DNA from: Waddliaceae bacterium
Lineage (GTDB): Bacteria; Chlamydiota; Chlamydiia; Chlamydiales; SLFE01
Direction of reading: 5' to 3'
NCBI GenBank assembly: GCA_963783885.1
Contig: CAWAPJ010000029.1
Location: 1-64,000 of the forward strand
DNA length: 64,000 nucleotides
Positions 18,675 to 28,954 of the stretch are shown one piece after another. The notes beneath the pieces were generated by a model, which saw only the letters and a program-made list of their open reading frames with translations, searched no databases and was not told the origin of the DNA. Position numbers and translations under genes: made by a program. Every line of letters starts with the position of its first letter. The stretch's first letter is position 1.

Positions 18675-19823
18675 CTAATTTATAAAAATTTTTTTTAGAC
18701 GTAACAGAACTTCCGAGGCTGTGATCCGGGTCTTGTCCTCGAGGTTGAGCATCTCCAGAACAACCTGGAAATAGGGTGTGAGATTTTTTTGCGAATACTG
18801 ATTTAGCAATTTTTGATAACCTTTGTCGATGACTCGTTGGTTGTGCCGGGCGGCTTCTATTGACCGCTTGGGATTGCCGGCATCGCAAAACGTGTCGATT
18901 TCATTCATCCAGGGAACTAATTGTTTCGTGATGCATGTATACAAGACTATTCCAAGGGCCCACACATCATTTGCCTGGCCGACAAACATTGCTAAATCCT
19001 TATATTCCTCATTGGCAGTCATTTCTTTTTTCGTGTAAGTGAAAAAATGCTCAGTGTAGCGGTTCATTCCCTTAGAGTGATAATCGAATGTGCCGATAAT
19101 TTCTGCATGCCTGGCATCGTGAACTGAACCGAAATCGGCAATTTTCAGCCGGTTGCCGAAAACTAGAATATTTTCCAATTTCAAGTCGCCATGAACTTTG
19201 CCTGCGCAATGGATAGCGCTGAGCCCAAAGACGAGATCCATGAGCATGGTGGCTGTGAATTTAAAGCTATCTCCAATAAGAGCCTCTTGAAGATCGCCAT
19301 CGGCTTTTTCGAGAACAATGTTGATTTTGTTCTCGCCGGTTGTTTTTCGGGTATATTCTGTCCAATCAACCATTTGGACAATTCCTCTTTGTCCTTGGAA
19401 GAGTTTCAGGACTTCAATTGCCCTCATCATGGATTCATTTTGGTCTTTAAGCGTTTCTCTAAGACCATAGATGGGAGTCAATGTTACATAATCTTCTATC
19501 TTGTCATTTTTCAGGCTGAGTCCATAGGCTCTTCTAACTTTGTTAAAAGAGCCCTCTCCAATGCTTATCTTCGGCTTTGGATGTACAACAATGCGGATTT
19601 TCCCTTCTTTATCGCAAGAGGTTTGATAGGAGCAGCGAAGTCCGGTGTCCTCCCTTCTCTTATATTTGAAGGAGTTTTTCAGATGCTCTCTTATTGAGTC
19701 GAATTCCTGGCATCCTGTAGGAATGAGCTTTCTTCTTTTTATTTCGCGCGCGCTAAGAGGATGAGACCAACTTTTATTCTTTAATAAAGTCTCTTCCCGT
19801 AGTCTTTTTCCGTTTATATTCAT
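18675..19823 (-). CDS. Hanks-type Ser/Thr protein kinase (candidate effector)
   Basis: GEGSFNKV, HGDLKLEN, ADFGS, GTFDY, DVWALG, RITA. Confidence 0.85.
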   Translation of the reverse strand: MNINGKRLREETLLKNKSWSHPLSAREIKRRKLIPTGCQEFDSIREHLKNSFKYKRREDTGLRCSYQTSCDKEGKIRIVVHPKPKISIGEGSFNKVRRAYGLSLKNDKIEDYVTLTPIYGLRETLKDQNESMMRAIEVLKLFQGQRGIVQMVDWTEYTRKTTGENKINIVLEKADGDLQEALIGDSFKFTATMLMDLVFGLSAIHCAGKVHGDLKLENILVFGNRLKIADFGSVHDARHAEIIGTFDYHSKGMNRYTEHFFTYTKKEMTANEEYKDLAMFVGQANDVWALGIVLYTCITKQLVPWMNEIDTFCDAGNPKRSIEAARHNQRVIDKGYQKLLNQYSQKNLTPYFQVVLEMLNLEDKTRITASEVLLRLKKIFIN

Positions 19824-19899
19824 AAAAAAATGTTTTACACTGTATGGAATTCATTTTCAAGTTGCTGCAAAATCTTGATGTAGATAAGTTATATGACCT

Positions 19900-20526
19900 A
19901 TGGAAGGTGTATGGAAGGAATTCATCGGCTATCTGGCTCCTGTTTTCATTGTTTTGTCGATGATACAGTCGAATGTGAAAAAAATCAGGTTGTTCATGAT
20001 TGCAGGCTGTGTTGTTTTTGTCATTTATGGAATTCTGGTAGAAGCCTGGCCTGTCACTGTTGCTAATGCCATAATCGGGATTGTGACACTATTTTATTTC
20101 ATTCGGTCCCGGGATGTCGCCCACCGCTTCTCTCTTATGGAGGCTTCCTGTGCTTCATCGGAATTGTTAGAAAAATTCTTTGAGGTCTACAAAAAAGAAC
20201 TTCTTCACGACTTCCCGAGTGCCGAACATGCAGTTTGGCAAAGCGGGGCTTCTCTTTTGTTTTTAATGAAAGAGCTTGAACCGGTTGGGCTTTTTTGCTT
20301 TAGAAAGATCGAACAGGAAACTGTCGAGATCCTCATCGACTATGTTGCAAAGGCCTACCGTGATTTTCGAACGGAACAATTCTTGTATTCAACCAATGAA
20401 GGGCATTTGGCAAAGCAGGGTTTTCATAAAGTGATTATGCACACTGAGAATTCAAAGGTGAAACAGGAGATGAAAAAAATGGGCTTTCAAGAGCAGGAGC
20501 CCGGCATCCTTGTTAAAATCATATAA
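19900..20526 (+). CDS. Membrane protein: YgjV-like N-terminal TM helices plus GNAT-like C-terminus
   Basis: IGYLAPVFIVLSM...VFVIYGILVEAWPVTVANAII; C-terminal IDYVAKAYRDF. Confidence 0.65.
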   Translation: MEGVWKEFIGYLAPVFIVLSMIQSNVKKIRLFMIAGCVVFVIYGILVEAWPVTVANAIIGIVTLFYFIRSRDVAHRFSLMEASCASSELLEKFFEVYKKELLHDFPSAEHAVWQSGASLLFLMKELEPVGLFCFRKIEQETVEILIDYVAKAYRDFRTEQFLYSTNEGHLAKQGFHKVIMHTENSKVKQEMKKMGFQEQEPGILVKII

Positions 20527-21343
20527 GTCCCCGCTTCCGGCGCACACTTAAGATTTCCGTGCTGATTTGGTCGTGGATGTGGCCATTTGTTGCCAAAATG
20601 ACGCCCGAATAGATATCAAGGGCTCCCTTATCAAAAGAGGTGACTTTGCCGCCCGCTTCTTCGACGAGGAGGGCTCCTGCGGCGACATCCCAGGGGCGGA
20701 GTCCGAGTTCCCAGTGGCCATCCAGCCGGCCGCAGGCAACATAGGCCAGGTCGAGGGCGGCGGAACCGGCTCTTCTGACGCCCTGGCAGGAATCGGTCAA
20801 ATGGCAGAACTCGGCATAGTTGTTGTCCCTGTTCTCCCGCCGGTTATAGGCAAAGCCTGTTGCCAGGAGGCTTTTTTCCAGCTGCTTGACGGAAGAGACC
20901 TGTACAGGCTTCTGATTGAAAGTCGTTCCTCTTCCCCTCATGGCTTGAAAGATTTCATCGAGAAAAGGGTTGTAGACGACGGCGACAATCGCTTCTCCTT
21001 GATAGAGCATGGCGATCGAGACTGCGACAAAAGGGAACTGGTGGGTGTAGTTTGTCGTTCCGTCCAAGGGGTCGACAACCCAGAGGAATTCTCGGTTTTT
21101 TGATTCGTGGATTCCCGATTCTTCCGATAAAATTTGATGTGAAGGAAAATTCTTTTGGATCAATTCGATGATGACCTTCTCGGATTCTTGATCAGCCTCT
21201 GTCACAAGATCGCCGCTAAAATCCTTTTCGCGAATATTGAAAAGATGGCCCCAATGGTTTTTAAGAATTTTTCCTCCTTCTTTAGCCGCCTGTGTGGCAA
21301 CTTCGAAGTATGTCGGAAGCATTTCCTTTGTCTGTGAATTCAT
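20519..21343 (-). CDS. suhB: Inositol monophosphatase SuhB
   Basis: DLVTEAD, SEE, WVVDPLDGTTNY, GSAALDL, WDVAAG. Confidence 0.93.
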   Translation of the reverse strand: MNSQTKEMLPTYFEVATQAAKEGGKILKNHWGHLFNIREKDFSGDLVTEADQESEKVIIELIQKNFPSHQILSEESGIHESKNREFLWVVDPLDGTTNYTHQFPFVAVSIAMLYQGEAIVAVVYNPFLDEIFQAMRGRGTTFNQKPVQVSSVKQLEKSLLATGFAYNRRENRDNNYAEFCHLTDSCQGVRRAGSAALDLAYVACGRLDGHWELGLRPWDVAAGALLVEEAGGKVTSFDKGALDIYSGVILATNGHIHDQISTEILSVRRKRGLI

Positions 21344-22014
21344 TTTGCAAACCTTTTATTGCCGTAATCATAAAAAAGTTGATCGTTTATCGAGATATCT
21401 TTAAGAGCTATCAAACACATGTGATAAAGTCCTTTGTGCCAAAGGGCGACGGCTTCGCAGTTGGGAGTGTTGCTGTGGTTGATAAAGCTTGTCTCATTGC
21501 CCTGCATTTTCGCATCGATAGTATAGACGAAAAAAAATGTTTTGTAAAGCGGATAGCGGAAGCAGTATTCGTTAAGATTTGACGTCCATAGGGTGTACGG
21601 CCTGACAAGTCCTGTATATTCTCCAATGAATTCATTTTTTTTGATCAATCTATTAGCGAAGCATCCGTATTCCATCTCATGGCCTGTCCATGCGATGCTG
21701 ATGTCGTTGATAAATGGATGGTCAATATACTTTCCATAGAGAGCGCCGAACCATTTGGATCTTTCACTAACCTCTCCTCTTCTTTCAATCTTGAAGCAAA
21801 GATGCCGGATTCTTTCGTAGGTTTTTTTATTTTTGAACGCCAGGTTTGGCAGGTAGATCATGCCGGAGATCTTTTCGAATTCTTCGACCGAATACTCTTT
21901 TATGGGATCGCCGGGATTTCTTGAAAATCGAATGCGATGGCTTTTTTTTCTGGATGAATTATCTTCAGGAAGAAATAATGGCGGGCGCGGGGGTTTGAAG
22001 GAATGTCTGAACAT
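21340..22014 (-). CDS. SET-domain lysine methyltransferase (NUE/CT737-like)
   Basis: YGCFA, FIGEYTG, YCFRYP, IDA...GNETSFINHSNTPN, LFYDYG. Confidence 0.85.
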   Translation of the reverse strand: MFRHSFKPPRPPLFLPEDNSSRKKSHRIRFSRNPGDPIKEYSVEEFEKISGMIYLPNLAFKNKKTYERIRHLCFKIERRGEVSERSKWFGALYGKYIDHPFINDISIAWTGHEMEYGCFANRLIKKNEFIGEYTGLVRPYTLWTSNLNEYCFRYPLYKTFFFVYTIDAKMQGNETSFINHSNTPNCEAVALWHKGLYHMCLIALKDISINDQLFYDYGNKRFAK

Positions 22015-22842
22015 CGGATTATCGAGATCTTAAAAAGTCAACTCCATTGCGGCCAAATTTATTCTGCCAAAGGTTCCGGCAGCTTGCAATTTTATGATAC
22101 AGATCAAGGCAATTTTTTTGTTAAGATAAGTAAAAGTTCTCTTGAAGGTGAGTTCAAGGGACTTAAGTTGATAGAAAAAACCGAGACCGTCCGAGTTCCG
22201 CATCCCCATCTTTTTGGAAAAGAAGAAAACTTTTTCTACCTGATAGTTGAAGCCCTTGATCTCTTGCCTCACACTCAAGCTAGTCAAGAAAAATTAGGCA
22301 GGCAGCTGGCTCATCTTCATCTTGTCGAGGGGCCCGATAAATACGGACTCGATTTCGACAATACCCTCGGCCTTACCCCTCAGACCAATCCCTGGACAGA
22401 TTCTTGGATAGAGTTTTTTAGGGAGCACCGACTGTCTTTTCAACTCAAACTGATCAAAGAAAAATATAGTGATGACAAACTGCAAAAATTGGGAGAGCAG
22501 CTTCTCGATAAGCTGCCTGAGTATTTCAAGGGAGTGCAAATTCGTCCCTCGCTGCTCCATGGGGATTTATGGGGAGGCAATACTGCGGCGCTTGCGGATG
22601 GAACGCCTGTAGTTTATGATCCTGCATGCTACTTCGGCCATCATGAGGCCGACCTTAGCATGATGGGAATGTTCGGGGGATTCACCCGGGATTTTTTCGA
22701 TGCTTATCATGAAGCGATTCCCCAATCGCCAGGATTCGATGAACGAATTAAGCTTTACCAGCTATATCATTACCTAAACCACTATCTTCTTTTTGGAGAG
22801 GCCTACCGCAGTTTTTGCCAGGCAATTCTTGAACGATATTAA
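22003..22842 (+). CDS. Fructosamine/ketosamine-3-kinase family protein
   Basis: FFVK, LGRQLAHLH, PSLLHGDLWGGN, YDPACYFGHHEADL, FGGF. Confidence 0.9.
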   Translation: MSEHRIIEILKSQLHCGQIYSAKGSGSLQFYDTDQGNFFVKISKSSLEGEFKGLKLIEKTETVRVPHPHLFGKEENFFYLIVEALDLLPHTQASQEKLGRQLAHLHLVEGPDKYGLDFDNTLGLTPQTNPWTDSWIEFFREHRLSFQLKLIKEKYSDDKLQKLGEQLLDKLPEYFKGVQIRPSLLHGDLWGGNTAALADGTPVVYDPACYFGHHEADLSMMGMFGGFTRDFFDAYHEAIPQSPGFDERIKLYQLYHYLNHYLLFGEAYRSFCQAILERY

Positions 22843-22893
22843 CCGAATCTATACACTTCTCATACGATTTGATCTTAACTATGGAGTGATATT

Positions 22894-23796
22894 ATGAATG
22901 TGAAAGTGACAACGATGCTGGCCGCGGTTTGTGTTGCGGCATGCGGGTGCAATGCAAACCGCATGAACAGGAGTTATGAAAACGACTGCTGCGTCGAAGA
23001 GATTTGCGTGGAAGACTCTTTTCAGGAAAACTCTGTCTTAACTGCCGAACTTTTTGCCCAAATAGCTCTTGGCAGAGCCGATAATGTCAATGATTTAATC
23101 GAATCGGGAGCCAATCCCAACGGCGTCGATACCTGCGGCGATACGGCTCTTCTTATGGCCATTGAACAAAATCGCGTTCCCATAGCCAAGACTTTGATTA
23201 ATTCGGGGGCCGATGTCAATGGTAAGGGGGCAAGCGGGACAACCCCTCTTATGCAAGTCGTTCTGAATGGAAATAAACCGATACCCAAGGTTTTGTCCGA
23301 CGGTACGGTGCTGTCCATACAGCCCCAAACAAATATGCAGCAATATTTTGCCGATCTTTTAATTGGCAAAGGAGCCGATATCAACTCCGTCAACTGCAAA
23401 GGGGACACCGCGCTTTCACTGGCGGCTTCTATCGGCAACTTCGATGCCGCCCGCTACCTGATTCAAAGGGGGGCAGATGTGAACAAGAAAAACGCCTTGG
23501 GCCAAACAGCTTTGATGATCGCATCCAAAAAGGGATATTATTCCATCGTCGAAGAGCTCGTTATGGCCAAAGCCGACATTAACGCTGTGGATGAAGAAGG
23601 GCAGACAGCCCTGATGTATGCCGCCCAAATGGACAATGCCCAGCTGGTCGGATACCTGCTCTCTCTGGGTGCGATGCCCGATACTCAGGACCACTACGGT
23701 GCGACGGCTCATACCATTGCTAATGCTATCGGAAACTATAAAGTCATGCGGGTGTTGAAAGGATTCGCTTCTACCGATCCGGCATTATCTGACTAG
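22894..23796 (+). CDS. Ankyrin-repeat lipoprotein
   Basis: Lipobox-like VAAC(GC); repeated G.TAL..A...G....V..L...GADVN units. Confidence 0.88.
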   Translation: MNVKVTTMLAAVCVAACGCNANRMNRSYENDCCVEEICVEDSFQENSVLTAELFAQIALGRADNVNDLIESGANPNGVDTCGDTALLMAIEQNRVPIAKTLINSGADVNGKGASGTTPLMQVVLNGNKPIPKVLSDGTVLSIQPQTNMQQYFADLLIGKGADINSVNCKGDTALSLAASIGNFDAARYLIQRGADVNKKNALGQTALMIASKKGYYSIVEELVMAKADINAVDEEGQTALMYAAQMDNAQLVGYLLSLGAMPDTQDHYGATAHTIANAIGNYKVMRVLKGFASTDPALSD

Positions 23797-24969
23797 CCTG
23801 GTGATGATCCAGGAACCGGAGATTATGGTGCCGATCATGCTGCCGATGTTGGAGAGAAGGACAACAAGCAGTATTCGGGTGGCTGGATTTTTCCAAAAGC
23901 CCGAAGTTGTTTTAATGGCCTGAGGAACATTTTCCAGATCGGCGACTGTCGGCTTCTTGACCCATGCCTGGGCCAGTCCGGCAAACCATCCGGCGGTGAT
24001 GAGAGGGTTCAAGCTTGTGAGCGGCGAGGAAAACGCGCCCACAAGGATAGCGAACGGATGTCCAAAAGCGACTGCTGTCCCGATTCCCGCCATAATCCAA
24101 TGGGAAGCAAACCAAATGGTGATCGAATCGAGAGATTCGCGGGCAAAGCCGCGCATAAAGCCGATAATCGGATAAGAGATGATCGCAATGGGGATGGACC
24201 ATTTGATAATTTTTCCCGTTATCGAAGGAGGGGGAATGTCTTCTAGTTCCTGCAAATTGACTTCTTTTTGAATTTGCTTGATGATTCCCTTGACATGTCC
24301 TGCCCCTACAACCGCCACGATTTTTTTCCCTTCGGCGCGTTTGATCTTTTGTGCAAGGTAAGCGTCTCTTTCGTCGATCAGCCTTCTTTTAATTGCGGGA
24401 AATGACTTGGCGAAGACTTCCATCATATCTTCGAGCTGAGCTGAATGTTTCATCTCTTCAATCATTTGTTGATCGATTTCATCGAGTTCGAAAATTCCCG
24501 TAAAGACTTGGGTGAGCATTTTCATTTTGCTCAAGAAGCTAAGAGACCGCCAGATTCTTTTGAGAGTGATTTCAATCGGCCTGTCGGCCAGTATGAGTTT
24601 TGAGCCGGTTTTTTTGGCCATTTCGAGCGCCTCAATCATCTCGGCGCCTGGCTGTATCCCCAGCTGATCTCCAAGCCTTTGATAAAAAGAAGACATGATA
24701 AGCTGGGCTAAAAGCAAGAGAGCTTTCCCTCTGCGGATAACCTGAAAGATGTCCATGCTTTTCCAGTTATCCTTTTCGATCATCGCCTTATAACGCGAAG
24801 GGCAGAGCTCTACGCAGATAGAATCCGGATTGACCGCCTCAATGGTATTTCTCACATCGTCGACACTCTTTTGTGATAGATGCGCAGTTCCGACGAGATA
24901 GATCTCCTTATCTTTATAGGTGATTAGGGTAGCAGTTTCGGGAATGGGCGCACTATTATTTGTCATCAC
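23785..24969 (-). CDS. TraB/PrgY (pheromone-shutdown) family protein
   Basis: LVGTAHLS, VELC..R, PGAEM, DERDAY, VVGAGHV.GI, C-terminal TM helices. Confidence 0.88.
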   Translation of the reverse strand: MMTNNSAPIPETATLITYKDKEIYLVGTAHLSQKSVDDVRNTIEAVNPDSICVELCPSRYKAMIEKDNWKSMDIFQVIRRGKALLLLAQLIMSSFYQRLGDQLGIQPGAEMIEALEMAKKTGSKLILADRPIEITLKRIWRSLSFLSKMKMLTQVFTGIFELDEIDQQMIEEMKHSAQLEDMMEVFAKSFPAIKRRLIDERDAYLAQKIKRAEGKKIVAVVGAGHVKGIIKQIQKEVNLQELEDIPPPSITGKIIKWSIPIAIISYPIIGFMRGFARESLDSITIWFASHWIMAGIGTAVAFGHPFAILVGAFSSPLTSLNPLITAGWFAGLAQAWVKKPTVADLENVPQAIKTTSGFWKNPATRILLVVLLSNIGSMIGTIISGSWIITRLVR

Positions 24970-26420
24970 TCACCTTGTCCTAATGAGTATGCCGGTTTTC
25001 CGTCAAATTCATACAGGTTTTCTGTTTTGATCACTTCAAGATTATTTTCATGGACCTCTGCCAGCAGCTGAAGTACCTCCATATAGCTTGAGCCTCCCTG
25101 CTTAGCCTTGAAACGGCATCTCCAGTGGTCGGTGCAGAATGTCTCTGAATGTCCATCGGGCCAAACTTTGGTTCCCCGATTTGATACCATAGTCAGTTTC
25201 AGGTTCTGATTTTTAACTTTCTGCAGTTCGTTTACGAAGGAATCGACATCTCCGGGACCCCAAAATAGGAAGACATCGACGCCGACCAGGTCCCTCTCTT
25301 TTGGCGGGCTTTTGGTCCTTTTATAGGGGAGGTTGAATAGGCCCCCTTTTTTGCTTTTGGGATAGTCGGCAGGCTGATGTTTTTGGGGAAGTTTGCCGAG
25401 CCTGGCGGCGACCTCTTCGGAAAATTCTTGCGTTCCCGCTTGTTTTGTTGCGAAGGCAGGGTTGTAGATATCGGCCGTGTAGATGCCATCCTCAAGAGTT
25501 TTCAGCCAGGCATTTTGAATTAAGCCGGCCGTCTTGACTTCTCCAAGGTGGACAAGCATCATCACTGCCGCCATTAAAAGTCCCGAAGGGTTGGCGAGGT
25601 CTTTTCCCGCAATGTCTGGCGCCGATCCGTGTATCGCTTCAAACATAGCGCAGTGAGGCCCGATATTTGATGAGCCGACCAAGCCGACGGAACCTGTTAT
25701 CTGGGCTGCGATGTCCGAGAGGATATCTCCATAAAGATTCGGTGCGACGATGACGTCGAATCTCTCCGGTGTGTCTGCAAGCCGTGCGGCTCCGATATCA
25801 ATGATCATGTGTTCGGCTTCGATGTCGGGATATTCTTTGGAAATTTCATCAAAAACTTTGTGGAACAAACCGTCCGACAACTTCATAATATTGTCTTTTG
25901 TGAAGCAGGAGATTTTTTTTCTTCCGTATATTTTGGCATACTCAAAAGCAAACCGCATGATTCTCTGGCATCCCGGAAGGCTGATGAGTTTGATGCATTG
26001 GACCACTTCGGGTGTTTGCTGATGCTCGATACCGCCATAGAGATCCTCTTCGTTTTCTCTGATGATGACCACATCCATATCGGGATGTTTGGCGGCAATT
26101 AGGGGATTGTAGGATTGACAAGGCCTGACATTTGCGTAAAGGCCGAGGGACTTTCTTATCGTGACATTTAGGCTTTTGACTCCATTGCCTTGGGGAGTTG
26201 TAATTGGAGCTTTCAGTAAAATCTTATTCCGTTTGAGTATCTTCCAGGCCGACGGTTCGATGCCCGACATAATCCCGCGGTCATAAATATGAGAGCCGAT
26301 TTCGATCTCTTCATATTTAAGAGGAGCTTTGGCTTCCTTTAGGATGGAGAGGACGGCGCTCATGATTTCCGGGCCGATTCCATCTCCCCGTGCTAGTGTA
26401 ATGGGAATTTTCCCGAACAT
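24966..26420 (-). CDS. icd: NADP-dependent isocitrate dehydrogenase
   Basis: GDGIGPEI, KAPITTP, SLNVTIRK, RENEEDLY, NLYGDILSD, EAIHGSAPDIAG, C-terminal YSLGQGE. Confidence 0.93.
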   Translation of the reverse strand: MFGKIPITLARGDGIGPEIMSAVLSILKEAKAPLKYEEIEIGSHIYDRGIMSGIEPSAWKILKRNKILLKAPITTPQGNGVKSLNVTIRKSLGLYANVRPCQSYNPLIAAKHPDMDVVIIRENEEDLYGGIEHQQTPEVVQCIKLISLPGCQRIMRFAFEYAKIYGRKKISCFTKDNIMKLSDGLFHKVFDEISKEYPDIEAEHMIIDIGAARLADTPERFDVIVAPNLYGDILSDIAAQITGSVGLVGSSNIGPHCAMFEAIHGSAPDIAGKDLANPSGLLMAAVMMLVHLGEVKTAGLIQNAWLKTLEDGIYTADIYNPAFATKQAGTQEFSEEVAARLGKLPQKHQPADYPKSKKGGLFNLPYKRTKSPPKERDLVGVDVFLFWGPGDVDSFVNELQKVKNQNLKLTMVSNRGTKVWPDGHSETFCTDHWRCRFKAKQGGSSYMEVLQLLAEVHENNLEVIKTENLYEFDGKPAYSLGQGE

Positions 26421-26495
26421 ATTGTCCTTAGATGTTTAACTTATACAGGGGCGCTTATGCCCCTGCAAAAGAAAAGAATAACAAAGCGTGATTTT

Positions 26496-27574
26496 TTAAG
26501 CGACGGTGATTTCCGGATTGAGATAAACATCCTGGATCGCATGGAACATTTCGATCCCTTCTTCCATCGGTTTTTGGAAAGTCTTTCGACCGCTGATCAG
26601 CCCCATGCCACCCGCGCGCTTGTTGATAATGGCTGTTCGGACTGCCTGTGCCTTGTCGTTTTTCCCGGAAGCACCTCCCGAGTTAATCAGTCCAGCCCTT
26701 CCGGAGAAATTATTCAAAACCTGGTAGCGGCAAAGGTCGATGGGATGATCCGTGCAGAGCTTGTCATACATCAGATCGCTGAACTTGCCATACCCTTTGT
26801 ACTCTTGGTTGACGGCCTTGTATCCACCATTTAAAGTCGGCAGCTTTTGTTTGATAATATCGGCTTGAATCGTCGCTCCGAGATAGTTGGCTTGGCCGGT
26901 CAAATCGGCGCTGTTGTGGTAGTTCTCTCCATCGACATTAAACGCTTCATTTCTCAGATAGCACCAGAGAATGGTCGCCATGCCGAGTTCGTGGGCCAGT
27001 TCAAAGGCCTCAGATATTTCTATGATTTGGCGGTCGCTTCTTCCGATCCGAAATAGATGGTCGCTCCGACAGCCACAGCGCCCATGTCGTAGGCCTGCTT
27101 TACGCTGCCGAATAATATCTGATCGTAGTGGTTGGGGAAGGTGAGAAGTTCATTGTGATTGATTTTGACAATGAAAGGGATCTTGTGGGCATATTTTCTT
27201 GATACCGCTCCAAGTATGCCAAGCGTTGAAGCGACGCCGTTGCAGCCTGCTTCTATGGCAAGACGGACAATATTTTCGGGATCGAAATAAATGGGATTGG
27301 GAGCGAATGAGGCTCCGGCCGAGTGTTCGATTCCTTGATCGACCGGGAGGAGGGAAAGGTATCCCGTTCCGGTCAGCCTTCCATGATTGAATAGAGCGTT
27401 TAAGCTTCTAAGCACTCTGTTGTTGCGGTCGCTGATGCCAGTTACTTGGTCGACCCAGCTGACTCCGGGAAGTATCAGCCTGTTTTTGGGAACAGCCCGG
27501 CACTTGTAAGTGAGCAAATCTTCCGCCTCATCACCTAAAAGTTCTTGAATTTCAGAAAGTTGCGCAGTTGTCAT
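26496..27574 (-). pseudogene. fbaB: Class I fructose-bisphosphate aldolase (DhnA/FbaB), frameshifted as assembled
   Basis: [23 protein letters not shown] | ...[28 protein letters not shown]; adding one A at ~27040 (GAAGAA[A]GC on -) restores [16 protein letters not shown]. Confidence 0.88.
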
Positions 27575-27631
27575 GATCCATCCTTTTGTTATTGTCTTTA
27601 TCTTATAGTTACCAAAAAAAAGCTTAATAAA

Positions 27632-28708
27632 TCAAAAGTTCTGTTCGAATTCATGAGAGTAGTGTGCAACCCGTTCATTGAGTTCTTCATCCGTCAGCTT
27701 TCTGTTTGGCAACATTAAATAAACAAAGTTTGTGCATCCCTGCCATAGCTTACCGAATTTCCTTTGCAGGTGGAGAAAAGGTGAGTTGATCCTGGTGCAG
27801 CTCGTCGGCGTTTTTACACAGGGAAACTGAAATGAGGGGAGATAGGCATCATCCTTAACGACAATGACATGAAGGTGCCAGTGCGGGACCGTTTGACCGG
27901 CCTTTGCTCCTGTTTTATGAAACATATGGAGAGTGCACCGGGGGCATTGCTGCTGGAAGTACTCTCCGATTCTTTGCGCGGTTTCCATTGCCTCAACATA
28001 TTCGGCTTCAGTGAGCTGTGAAAATTTTTCGGCATGTCTTTTGGGAATGATCAAAAAATGGGGATTTTCTTCGACGATTCTTTCCGGCGCGTGGTCATAG
28101 AGGACATTGATACGTGTTCCTTCATAGACTCGTTGATTTCGAACTATATCTTTATTGCAGAAAGGATCTGTCGAGGGTTTTCCGCTTCCATAGCGGGGAA
28201 TGTAGGGCTCAGGCAGATATTGAGTCTGCTCTCTGAGCTCTCTGATTTTATCGATTCTTTCATCCTCGGAGTTGTGCGGGGAGCCGAACGCTACGTTCCA
28301 GATGACTTTGATTTGCTTTAGGTTATTCCATCCGCCGTCGGCATAAGGGATAGTTTCCCATCGGAATCGTTCCGACCTTAGATTGGGGGTGGTCATTCCA
28401 TAGACGAGATAAGCATGGGCATAGCCCGACTTATCCCAGCTGCTCGCAATTCTTTGAAGGAAGTCATAGGTTTCCGCTTGTTCTACAGCATTCCACTCGG
28501 CAAATCTCTGGTGATTGCCGATGTTTTGAATCTCCAGAGCGTCATTGCAGTAGTAGCAGGATGGGACACAGATTTTGAGGTTTTCCCCGCGGAGAAGGTC
28601 GTAAGGCCTTCCCGCCGGCAGCGCCTGCTCCCCTTCGGAAAATAAGGGGAAAACTGCGAAAAGAAAGAGCGGCAGAAAAATTTTTCTCATTCCCATAGAC
28701 CACCTCAC
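27632..28708 (-). CDS. Exported HIT-family hydrolase
   Basis: Signal peptide; DPFC, HFLIIPKRH, AGQTVPHWHLHV; true start may be a downstream ATG (MGMRK/MRK). Confidence 0.8.
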   Translation of the reverse strand: MRWSMGMRKIFLPLFLFAVFPLFSEGEQALPAGRPYDLLRGENLKICVPSCYYCNDALEIQNIGNHQRFAEWNAVEQAETYDFLQRIASSWDKSGYAHAYLVYGMTTPNLRSERFRWETIPYADGGWNNLKQIKVIWNVAFGSPHNSEDERIDKIRELREQTQYLPEPYIPRYGSGKPSTDPFCNKDIVRNQRVYEGTRINVLYDHAPERIVEENPHFLIIPKRHAEKFSQLTEAEYVEAMETAQRIGEYFQQQCPRCTLHMFHKTGAKAGQTVPHWHLHVIVVKDDAYLPSFQFPCVKTPTSCTRINSPFLHLQRKFGKLWQGCTNFVYLMLPNRKLTDEELNERVAHYSHEFEQNF

Positions 28709-28954
28709 CCGGAATCATAGCAAATTCTTTTATTTTGCGTCAGCATTCGACTAACTTGAATGGGGTCCACTATATTCCTCTCTGTCTTTGTGTCTTGAGC
28801 GAGCTTTAGCAAGCGGGTGTTTAAATGTTTCGGAATAGGTGTATATAGATTCATCTTAAAGCGGAAAAGGGAGCGCACATTTTATCCATATCTTCAAAGA
28901 AGGTGACATTAATCCATTGGGTATATATAGCTAATGAAAAAATAGAGGTTTCTT

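Noticed and set aside
26981..27060. Programmed ribosomal frameshift in fbaB (likewise gloB and ytgD)
   Set aside because: No slippery heptamer or stimulatory structure is visible; a single-base indel explains each case
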